From Lingula anatina (Eukaryota; Animalia; Brachiopoda), in NCBI GenBank assembly GCA_051362555.1, contig CM120644.1, positions 25,194,534-25,258,533 of the forward strand: DNA of 64,000 nucleotides, read 5' to 3'. The translations under genes and the position numbers were made by a program. The notes under the pieces were generated by a model that was not told the DNA's origin, ran no database searches, and was given only the letters and a program-made list of their open reading frames with translations. Positions 1-12,200 of the stretch are shown here, piece by piece (the stretch's first letter is position 1; every line of letters begins with the position of its first letter).

Positions 1-530
1 TTATTGTTAGCACAGAGATCGATTTATTTGACAACAATATATATATTTGGTCATACTTGTTGCTATACAGAAAAGCGAAAATTATGATCAAATGATATCA
101 CAAAATTGGAATAAAAGTTATGAATAAATTATTGAAGAAGAAATGAGACAGCTTGCAAGGTGAGCATAAACTGAATTGACTACCCCCGCCCTCCCCCGCC
201 CGCTAAAGGGCCCTGAACATTTTTGGTATTTTAGATGGTGAATGGTGCCATTTGGTATGGTTTAGAACTATGATTCAACTAGTGAAAGTCTTATTTCAAG
301 AGGTGAGTTTAAAAAAAAAAAAAAAAACGGTGTAAAAGGGGGGCGTCAGGAGCCCCCTGACCCCCTCTAAATCCAACACTGACAAGGTATCATTCAGTAG
401 AAATTCCAAACAATTTTTAAATTTCCATGCATAAGGCACGATATTGCCCTTTCATTTCCAAATTACTCTCCCAAGAATGCATTCTAGACCCCCTCAGTAT
501 ACCTCTCTTAACTCTAGGTGTTATTGTAGC

Positions 531-910
531 TAGGGCAGGTAACTATATGGCCGGGCTGGTAACTTTTTAGAGTAATTTCCTTGAATTTCATACACTGGTG
601 TTCGTCTGCTCAGCGACCATCCGACCATGCCTCCGAAAAAGCAATTATTAATAGAAAGCTAACAGACAATAAAGAATATATTTAAGGTGAGACAGAGTCA
701 AGCCGAGTTAGAGAAAACTTCTGAGACAGTAAACGCTGTGACTGTCGTTGAGGCTGAGAGTGAGAGTGACGCGGATGAATGTTTGACGGAGGCAAAAACG
801 GAGTCAAAAAGGAAAATCTGTTCCTTCAAACAACACTGGACAAAGCTCTGCGCTTGGTTAAGGTATAAAAAATGAGGATGGGACTGATTTCATGTATTGT
901 GATGTATGAC
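531..910 (+). pseudogene. Decayed hAT-type transposase N-terminus (TTF-like zinc finger fragment)
   Basis: KRKICSFKQHWTKLCAWLRY followed out of frame by DFMYCDV*; TAGGGC start at ~531. Confidence 0.4.
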
Positions 911-1883
911 CATTGGCAAATAAACGTAATGGGATTGTGAAAGATCCGCGGATATAGGCCTATATGAACTGAAGTAAACTCGTCACTGTCAAATTGCTGA
1001 AATAAAGAAACTTGAAAAAATAAAAGTAACAAATTGTCAGTTTTGTGGTAATTAACCTTTATCGTTCAAAATGACGGGGACCCATCACAATTGGCAGGGA
1101 CCCATTGTTCAATATCATGTGCGTCCTGTTGGACTCATAATATTTAAAGGTAAAATGATCACTGTTATCCTGAAATCTGTGCTTGCCATCAAACCATATT
1201 ACCTAAAAAGATGGCTATGCTCTATAATGATCTCTTAAGTGATTATTTAAAAAAAACTTTTAAGAAAAAAAAAACAAAAAAAAAAACAGGGATTAACCTT
1301 GAATGTAGAAATGGATTCATTAACAACTGGTAAGTATGGGATAATTGTTTTCGTGTCCCAGGAAAATTCATTTTTGGCCAAAATTAACAGTTGTTATCCT
1401 TTTAAATTTCAGTGGTCCACATTAGAAATTCAATGGTACTACACATCAATGTCATTTATTACACATTTTGGTGTTTTGAAGAATGAGGTTTAATTTGTTT
1501 GTTATGAGGCAAGTGAGATGCACTCATAAATATTTTAAGAAAGCTTAAAGGAAAGGTTAGTTTGTTAAAGAAAAGAACCTACTAGCCATGTCAGACTATG
1601 AAATTCACAAATTCTGAAAACTTTACTGGTCTTTGAGAAATTTGACTGACCGTGGGCATTAGACAAGTGGTTAACATTGCAGACTGCATGTAAGTACCAA
1701 GGGTGTATCCAGGATTTTTTTCAGTATTCTAGTGGATGAACAGTGCCATTTGGTACGGTTTAGAACTTTGATTCAGCTAGTCAAAATTCTAATTTCAAGA
1801 GGGGGACCAGAAATCTAAGGTGTGGTCTGGACCCCCTGCCCCCCCCCCCCCCCCTTAAATCAGCCTCTGAGTACTACTATATG

Positions 1884-2895
1884 TCACCTTCCTGTTATTC
1901 TGTACTTCAGATGGTGTGTTCTCCTCTCCCTGCCCCAGTGGATGGACTCACTCCCCCTCAGTAGACCTATGATCACCTTCATGTTATATTCTATACTTCA
2001 GATGGTGTGTTCTCCTCTCCCTGCCCCAGTGGATGGACTCACACCCCCTCAGTAGACCTATGATCACCTTCATGTTATATTCTATACTTCAAATGGTGTG
2101 TTCTCCTCTCCCTGCCCCAGTGGATGGACTCACACCCCCTCAGTAGACCTATGATCACCTTCATGTTATATTCTATACTTCAAATGGTGTGTTCTCCTCT
2201 CCCTTCCCCAGTGGATGGACTCACTCCCCCTCAGTAGACCTATGATCACCTTCCTGTTATATTCTATACTTCAGATGGTGTGTTCTCCTCTCCCTGCCCC
2301 AGTGGATGGACTCACTCCCCCTCAGTAGACCTATGATCACCTTCATGTTATATTCTATACTTCAAATGGTGTGTTCTCCTCTCCCTGCCCTAGTGGATGG
2401 ACTCACTCCCCCTCAGTAGACCTATGATCACCTTCCTGTTATATTCTATACTTCAAATGGTGTGTTCTCCTCTCCCTGCCCCAGTGGATGGACTCACTCC
2501 CCCTCAGTAGACCTATGATCACCTTCATGTTATATTCTATACTTCAGATGGTGTGTTCTCCTCTCCCTGCCCCAGTGGATGGACTCACACCTATGATCAC
2601 CTTCATGTTATATTCTATACTTCAGATGGTGTGTTCTCCTCTCCCTGCCCCAGTGGATGGACTCACACCTATGATCACCTTCATGTTATATTCTATACTT
2701 CAGATGGTGTGTTCTCCTCTCCCTGCCCCAGTGGATGGACTATCACCCCCTCAGTAGACCTATGATCACCTTCATGTTATATTCTATACTTCAGATGGTG
2801 TGTTCTCCTCTCCCTGCCCCAGTGGATGGACTCACACCCCCTCAGTAGACCTATGATCACCTTCATGTTATATTCTATACTTCAAATGGTGTGTT
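1884..2895 (+). repeat. 91-bp (some 78-bp) minisatellite, 12 copies, containing a splice acceptor plus exon-like start
   Basis: Unit ..ttctatacttcag|ATGGTGTGTTCTCCTCTCCCTGCCCCAGTGGATGG..; period 91 measured at 1961/2052/2143. Confidence 0.95.
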
Positions 2896-4907
2896 ATGAC
2901 TAGCAACCCAAACTTGCCGCCATGTTTAATTACATGAAAGACACATTAAAATGACGAATTATGTATATGCAGAGGCCATTGCGACTAGTTTGTATAGCCG
3001 CAAATAATAGCCTCCAAACTAATGGTGATTTCGCTACTAGTGCATGGTCGGGATTTGCAAGGCTTTCGAGATATGGGAGTTGAAAAAGCAGTCTAATTGG
3101 CTTCTTTTTCTGGAAGTTATACATTTTAGTGAATAATTCATTATTATTGTTTTGGCATATTTATTGTGGGACTCAGAGCTCCCATGTACTCATGAAGCCG
3201 AATGGTAATCAAATTTTCTACATATCCAGGCTATTTATAGTCAATAATCAAAAATTGGTGATAATTATTCTGTAATTTATTTTGAAATGCTACATCAAAA
3301 TTGACATATCTTTTTGCACTGCTTCTACAAACATGAAAACTATGAAAAGAAAACTGTGCTACTTATTATTATTTTTAACTTACAAGTATGAATTTTTAAG
3401 ATTGGCATGCAGTTCAAATTAGAAAGCCAGCTCAATTGGGTTATCATTTATTATTGAATTTATGCAATTTTGTGTGAATTTTCATTTTTCTAATTCTGGC
3501 ATTTTCAAAGTGTGAACTTGAACCCCCATGGGCCTGAAGCCTTATGCTTGTTACACATTTTACTTACATTGGTATTACCTGTTGAGCATAATTAAAATTT
3601 GTTGTTGAATTTGCAGTTAAGCATAATGTACTTTTGCATCAGTACTGACAGTAGCCCATTTTGTGCATTGTTATTTTCTGCTTTTTGTCTGTACATTTGA
3701 CAGCTTTGCTGCCTTGTATTATGTTTCTGCCTTCTGTAATATTTCTCTTCAGACTTTCTTTGTCCTCGTGATCTTTGAGATGCATTGCTGAAATACCAAT
3801 AATGTGTCAAGAAATTGTTTGTCATTAGTAGTCATTTCAATATGCTTAACAGGTAAAAATACCAAAGACGATCAAATTATGTCTTCAAGGTAATTAAAAT
3901 AAGATGCTCCTTAACCAACATTATTGTTATGTTCAACTGTCTTGATGAATGGGATTCTTTCTGGTTAAAATACTGACATTTTATCAAACTAATTTTATCG
4001 TCAAAAAAGCACAATCTGGCTGTTATCTGGTGATGTTTCTCGATCAAAGAAATAAGGAGAATGATAGCCTTATTAAATCCATCTGTTATCCTGATCTCAT
4101 TTCTCCATTACCTAGTAGGGCCTATTGACTTGACTTCCATATCTTACGAAACAGAAAAAAATACTTGCGTTACGAAATGGAAAAAATACTCACATTATAA
4201 ATGATAAAAGATGCATTTTCACCTTAGAAGATCAACGATATGGACCAGATACCAAGATTGACATGACTTTGGATTTGCCTCATACAAAAAAAAAAGAACG
4301 CAGCAGTGCATCGAGATCAATATAATGACTTAACATAGTTGCCAAAGAGGGTGTCTGTTTCAAGCACATGAATCAGTTCAATGTGTCCCCCATTCTTTCC
4401 ATGTTTACTAAGTTTACTAAGTTACCTGTATGTTCTCATAATATGGTTTATGATGAAGGCATCATGGTCTGACATTGTTAGGATGACAGCTAACCATGTA
4501 CATTTGTATTAAACGGTTTCTGCAAGTACCAAATTGCAAACAGTTGCATGGATAGGGGTGAAAACTGACTTTGACAAATTTTTAAGGGACTTGTCATCTG
4601 TGAAGCTAGGCACTGAATTTACTCTAAAGCCAAATACGCAAAGAACATAGTGCAAATTAACATGTTGGAACACCGCCTTTATGAATATTTTAACAGGAAA
4701 CAAGAAAAGGGAGGGGGGGGGGGGGTTGACCTAGCTTAGAAAGCGGCCAACTTCCATAAGCATAACACTGACTCTCAGTTAATGTTTTTGTTATGATCAC
4801 ATTTAGTGATGTTATATATCTTCTACTATTCCAATAATCAGATATTTATATCTATTGCCTACTGTCGTGTTTTGATTTAGAATCTCAATACTCCTCTCTT
4901 GTTTTAG

Positions 4908-6283
4908 GTGTGTCGGGCATACCAGACAGCGCTGGGACTGATTTCATGGTGATGTTCACTGAAAACAGAGTGCATGATCAGCCCTTCCCATATAATACAC
5001 CCAATATGACATTATATATAACCCCAATCGATGGAACCAAGGCTGTAACATTCAGCGTCTATTACATACTTCAAAACGTTTTGATAAACGTCACACGGAC
5101 GATACCAGCAGGACCCAATACAGCAGCGTCTGTGTTGCTACCGTCAGACTTAGAGGTGAGGACTAGTGGAGTGATATCGAACCTCGGTATCCGCGTAGTG
5201 GCTTCTGAAAAGATTGGTCTTTCTGCTATCAACAGGGAAGGCCATTCTTCCGACGGTTTTACAGCAATTCCAGTTTCAAAACTAGGCAAGCGGCACTATT
5301 CTGTCTCTTACGCCCCACCCCTTGTCTCCACACAAATGGGTATGGTCGCTGTGGAGTATGACACAAACGTGACCATCACTGTTGCTAGAGATGCCAAATT
5401 GACTTTTAATAGCATCTTATATTCGGGCGGTCAGACGTTCAGTTTTACACTGAACGCCTTTCAAACCATCCTGTTCGATGATGAGGTTTACCCGATGTCT
5501 GATTTGTCTGGAACACTCATCGTTTCCTCCAAGCCAATTGGCATTTTTAGCGGAAATAAAAGGACTAACGTTGGCTATGGAACAGTTTCGCGCGACCATT
5601 TGGTAGAGCAACTACCTTCTGTAGAATACTGGGGGACTGAATTCATCACAGTAGCAACGCCCCTCCGCACCAGTGGAAATATCATTAAATTTGTTGTCAG
5701 TGAACCCAACACAAACATAACAATCTACGAACATTCAACTTCCAGAAGCATCATTTTAGAAAATGGTGGTGATGCAGAAGCAGTTTATCTCAGTTCTGGT
5801 ATAGATGCCGATACAATGATCATTTCGGACAAACCCATAATGGTTGCCCAGATTGTTCATAGCCACATTGGTAGCAACCCTATGTCCGAGCCAGGGGACC
5901 CGTCCCTTACCATTCTCCCTCCCCTTTCTCAATACACCAACGCCTACACCTACGTAGTCCCTCGAATGACAGACCCGGCAGATTTAAGCGAACCCAACAA
6001 GGGACCTTTCTTTTACTTTTTGACTGTCACCATCGAGGACCAATACAAAGATGGTCTGCGGTTGAATGGTAGTGTTATTCCCGGACTTTCGTGGCACGCT
6101 GTACCTGCCATCCCAGGGAAGCCCAGCATGGTGGCCGTGTCCTTTGAAATTCAACAGAACAACATGAGATGCACACTAACGAATGTCAACCCGACCGCGA
6201 TGTTCAGTGTCCTTCTGTACGGGGCTGGGGACAGGGAAAGTTACGAGTACCCTCTAGGATTTAACCTCAATGTGCTGAACCCG
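4908..6283 (+). CDS. Exon: IgGFc-binding (FCGBP N-terminal-like) domain 1
   Basis: ttttag acceptor, CCG|gtgagt donor; [81 protein letters not shown] motifs. Confidence 0.9.
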
Positions 6284-9200
6284 GTGAGTAAATCACACTG
6301 GATTTTTGTCCATGATATGTTTTAGTTGAGATTTTTTTTTCAAAAAATGTCAATTTTTTTCTAAATTGCTAAAAGACAAAGGGTGCTATAGTACTATTTA
6401 CGTTGAACTAAAGCCAGTTTTCTAACAGATGACTATTATTTATTATTCAAAAAGAAGTAAATTTCATAAATTATAAAGAAAGAAAAATCATAAGTCAAGA
6501 TGACGTCCCGAAATTTAAATATAAGCTTGAAATCACATTATATTTTACACCAACAGAACTGAATTGAGAAAAATATCTGGAAAACGCAAGACTGCAGTGT
6601 TTTTGAATAATTCTACATGTGACGTAGATATCTAGCAAAAAGATAAGGTGACGAAAATTTTATTAATAGGCCCTAACTGTGGAGCCTCACACCTACACAT
6701 GAAGTCCAGTAAAAAAGGATGCCAACATCGGCAGGCCCTATACCAAATCTAAAAAAATGGCAGAATGTTTCATGAAGACCAACAGCGTTAATTTTAGCAT
6801 TATTTCTATACTTATAGACTTATTTCTATAAATTTCCTTGATTTTATGTGAATATACTAAATATTATATTCATTCTGTCTTTTTAGCCTGCTCCAGAGGG
6901 TAAGTTTGCATTATGCCATTAATTAATCTTACTACTTTTTAATCAACTTATCTTTATAAAGACACATACTATATCAACATTCCTTAGCACGCATAGTTTT
7001 AAAAACATTTTTTTTTTTTTTGTTTTTTGTTTTTTTTGTTTTAAAGTTGAAAGACTAGAAGAGAGGCCTATTGTTGTATGGGCTGCTATCTTCACTTGCA
7101 TTTAAGAAAAAAAGTCCAGATAGAGAGTACAAAAAAAAACAACATTAATATATAAACTATATATATTTTTATATGAAAATTTTTATCTTAAAACATACTT
7201 TGAAACCAAGGTGCTCCTAATTGTATGAAACAGTGTTCATAAGTAAAACAGCAAACAAGGTTTGAGGGGATATGTGCATGCGTGTCTTGTGACCTCTTTC
7301 TCACGGTCGTCTCTCGCAGTATTCACAATACAATGTGTGGCTTGCAGTACTTAGAAAGTTGTAGGGTGTAGCGTTGAAGGTGAGATTTACACAGAAAGAG
7401 AGGTTTTCTATAGTTCTGAGTGTACATGTTGTATATGTTAGCCCAGTTGGCTGCCAAAGGGAAAATGTGGAAGAAGAAATGGCTCGTGCAGCGGCGGCTG
7501 GTAGTACTACCGGTAGTACTACTACTGACCACCACTACTACGAGTAGTTCTACTATTAATATTAACGTGGTATTACTGCTATTGGCGTTCACTTATGACA
7601 TAGTAACTATTGCGCAAAATAGTAGGTTAAAGATAATAGTATGTTTTTATAATATCTGCATTTTTAATATAATGTTGATTTATAATAATAATAATAATAA
7701 TAATAACAGGGGTTTTGTACCACACTGTCTTATCTTACTTTTATGAAATAAATTTAGGATATTTTTTGCAAGTTTAGATTTCAGCCCATTGTAATATATA
7801 ATACATTATGATTTGCCTCAGTTTTTGGTCTTACATGCTATAGTACCCTTACAGCAGGTGAGGGTGAACCCTGGCCCCCGTTTCACAAAAAAACTTAAGT
7901 CAGTTTCCCTGACTAAAAGCTTGGTTACCAACGTAATTAAGTCGTTACGTCACTAAGTCCCGTTTCACAAAGAATCTAAAAGGTCGCTTACGTCGTTTTT
8001 TCTTAGCTGTAAGTCGACGATGTCAAGCCTCCTCGGGAGGAGACTTAAGTCGGCAAGCTCAACTAAAAGTCGGTAAATGAGAGCATAAACAACAAAAATT
8101 TGGAAAGAACATACCTCCTTCAAGATATAGTGTTATAATATCCTTGAATAGCACTGACATTTATGGAATATTGAAATAAAAAATAAAATGCCACTTCACC
8201 CAGCCGATTGCGTGTTTGTTTACGTTTTTGACTGCTAGACGTCCGTCAGCAGTGTCCCACGACAAGCTAATGTTTAACTGTTACTTTGAAGTTGTATCGA
8301 AGTTAAACTAATCAATAAAGTTCAAAAATAAACTTTGTTTGCGTTTTTGCTGATTTTTATTGTTGATCAACGTTCGTTCTCGGCCGAAAGAGGCCATGAA
8401 AAGTCATGTCATGTGAAACTTTTGAAATTTTAAACCTCCTTTTCTTGAAGAGTTTCTCGTGCGCGTCGACTACGGTAAGCACACCAAGCTAAGACGTTAG
8501 ATTCTTTGTGAAACACTCCTAGTCGACTTCAGCTAAGTCGACCTAGCTAGGCCACCCATCCCGAGCTAGTCGACTACGGATTTAAGATTCTTTGTGAAAC
8601 GGGGGCCTGGTTAGTATTTCAAACTTAAGTGTCTTAAACTAAATATCCACATCCTGACAAAACTAGTGTTTATAAAGGACCATTCCCACAGATATTTGGA
8701 TCGATCTATCTCCCTGGGGAGTCTCACTAAATTGCTATCAAACTAACTGGCTTTAACGTCACACCTAGTAAAGCTGTTAGTGGGTAATTATCTTTACCTC
8801 TAGCTGATTTGTTAGGCTTGACAGACATGTAAGCCTCTTGAGTTGATAGCAATTTAGCGTGAACCCCCAGGGAATTAGGTCGATCCAGATGGATCGATCT
8901 AAGTATGGGAACCCAGTGTTACACTAGGCAGGGTAAGGTCTTACCAATGGTAGGGGTACTGAGTAAGCATGTAGGACCATAAACTGAGGCAAAATAAGAC
9001 AGAGGACCATAACCACCAATGATGTCAACATCTGGTTGATGACCCCTGTAAAATAAAGGTTATCATTTTATTCATGTTCAGTCTCCAAATATAGTAACAT
9101 TTTCATATTACCCTTGAACTAATAATAATTTTCAATTTCTTACTTTTTTTAGTGTGCAGTAGTCAAGCAGCTGATCGCCAATGCATTATCAGTGGCAATA

Positions 9201-12200
9201 ACTTTTGTCAAGGTATGATATCCAAATAATTTCAGAAAAATTGTCTTGCCAATTAATATACAAGTCTATATATAATAAAAAATAAGTAATTCCTTATGTT
9301 TAGTAGTACTTACCATCATTTACGTATGACAACCAATTTTTTAAATGACCGCCACCGCTTTTTAAAGTTAGTAGGTTTTTTTCACCCCATATGAAACGAT
9401 AATAATTATAAAATCAGGTGCACCTTCACCTGCTCTCAACTATTCTAGGCACACCCTTTGACAGTCAGGGTTATGGTTTTGTGCTGATGTTCAGTGAGCA
9501 CTACACTCAGGTGGGAAACCCATACAATCCCTTCCTGGTCATTACTAATGCTGAAACAGAAAATGTACAGGTAGGATGAAAAGTTATGGACAAAACATGG
9601 TATGCTTTTCTTTTTACTTATTAATTTAATATGCCCCATATCTACTTCCCATTTGAATTTTTTTCAAATTGCAAAAAAGGGAGGAAAACTAAAATATTTC
9701 CCTCTTGGCTCAAACAGTGGCCATTCTACACGTAAAAAGTTAATCAAATTGCATTTAGGTAATTGTCCAAATGATAGATCTTGGAACTTGAAACCTCTTT
9801 TTCCTTATTCCGGATGACACAGTTTCACTGTATAGTATTGAGCTATAAATGAGTGTATATACTCAACTAAGAAACCCCAGCCTAACCAATTTAAAAATTA
9901 CCTTTAGGTGAATGTGATAACTCCACGCTGGAGCAGCCCAAGTGTAAATGAGCAATTCACGTTGGCCACTGGTCAGTATCGTACCGTGAGTATTCCACAA
10001 GAGCTCCGCATGCAGCAGTCAACTCTCTCCACCAAGGCCATCTTGGTCCAGTCAAATGGGGAGGTAGTTGTCCAGGGTGTGAATTCTGAAGAACGCTCTA
10101 CAGGCATGTTTCTTGCTCTTCCAATTGATGCTGTTGGCAGTGAGTATTATGCAGTGTGTTACAGCCCTGCTTTCCTTCATTGCCAGTTTGGTATTGCTGC
10201 AATACAAGATGGAACAGAGGTCTCGATATCTTTACCTTCTCCACTGCCTTCTGGTCAAATTGTGCAGGTGACTTTTCAGGGCACAACATACTATAGTGGA
10301 CAAACAATCCACCTGACCCTCAGTGCCTATGACACTGTTCAAATACAGGCTGCTCAAGACCTGACTGGCTCTCATATCATAACCAGCAAACCAGTGAGCT
10401 TCTTCAGTGGGAACAGGCATACAAACATTGACCAAGGGTTAGGTGGACAAACAAAAGATCACACTGTAGAAATGCTCCCACCAGTATCTGCCTGGGGTAA
10501 AGAGTTCATCACTTTCCAAATTCCAGACGGGACAGTATCTAATCCTGGGAACAATTTCAGAGCTGTGGTTCCCAGATTCAGTCAAACACCACAACTCGAC
10601 CTGACAGTGGGCTCCAACAACATATACCCGACAGTGCCCAATGGGTTTTCTTATGCCCAGTTCCTGGTTGGCCAAGGAAGCCAAAACACTTATGCCTATC
10701 TGTCATCAAACACTCCAATAATGTTAGCTGAATTTATTGTCAGTATGATAGGTACCAGTGAGGTAGCTGATCCTTCTATGATTTATCTGCCACCTATTTC
10801 ATTGTACAGGAATGAATACACATTCACTGCCCTGGAAAGATCTCTCAGCACAAACAAGGTTTTTGTCAACACAATTTTTATTGTCAGTCCTTTGTCAGGT
10901 CGTGGTGACATCACATTGGATGGGAATGCCTTACCGGCAATTACCTGGACCAATGTGGATGCAGGGGGTGTCATGTACAGTGCCGGCTTCTTTACTGTCA
11001 GCGCTGGCTTTCACAAACTGAGTCATCCCAAAGCGAACCATTATTTTGGTGCAGTGCTGTATGGAATTGTTTTGAATGATACAGTAGCCTCAGAATCCTA
11101 TGCTACTGCTATTGGCATGAGGCTGTCCAGGATTAATGAAGTAAGTGTAAATCCTGAGAAGTACAAGTAATACCTGTTTCATTGTAAGGTACATGTGAAA
11201 CAACTTCCCAGGGTTTTTTTTAATATAATGACAATACAATTAGATATCCATAATTATAATTTGGATTATTTCTTCTATACATTGCCTTGTCCGATAGTAA
11301 GTGAAGTGGCACTTAAGTTATTCAATTTTATATTATTTGTAGCCTTGTGGATGCAATGTCACTACAACAGCCCAGTTCCAAGCAGATGGCATAGACAATG
11401 ATTGTGATGGGCGGGTTGATGAGGAAGACTGCAGTGATGCAAATACAGGTATATTGTTTCATTGATTTGTGTTCATGCATATTTTGGTATGTAACACTGA
11501 TTTTCTTAAATAGTTTGGAATTTTGATAGCCTCATGTGAGACTTGTGTAATTTTTACCAATTTAATAAATTATGTTTGGAATGTACTTCTTGTATCACTG
11601 TGGGTAAACTATACTTAAAGCATGTTACAGTATGATCGCCCTTTTCTTTGTCAGATGAAGATGGTGATGGAAAACAGAATGAGGATTGTGCAAAAGGTAT
11701 GAGAGTCTTTCTTTTTTAACCATGGGTGGATCTACTACATCTAGGGATCCGTTGGTGTGTGTATGTGTGTGTGTGTGTAGAGTGAGCATTTCATACCTCC
11801 CCACCTCCAAAAAATAAAAAAGGCAGAATGTCCTGCTGCACACTTTTATTTTGTCATTTTAAGGTTCACATTTAGCAAAAGTATAGCAACATAATGACCT
11901 AAAAGCAAATATAATCCAAAATGTGTTTTCAACAACCTAGAATTAATAGGTGTTTTGGTTGGATTACATAATTATTCATTTTCAAAAACAGCCTAGTTAA
12001 TGTTAACTTTATCACATTTTGCCCAAACAGGCAAAAAAAAAAAAAAAAAAAAAAAACAACAGTTGAACAACAGTTGAACAACAGTCACATATTTTGCCGT
12101 ATATATGAAGTAGATGGCCATTGGTCTCGTGTTTTGCTGTATATATATGAAGTGGATGGCCAGTGGTCTCATATTTTGCTGTATATATGAAGTGAATGGC

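Noticed and set aside
1311-1329. ATGGATTCATTAACAACTG|gtaagt as the first coding exon
   Set aside because: The donor and phase fit, but it gives no signal peptide and has no other support; the true start is unresolved.
7844-7857. 14-nt exon TACCCTTACAGCAG
   Set aside because: It would break the phase needed to reach exon 9449.
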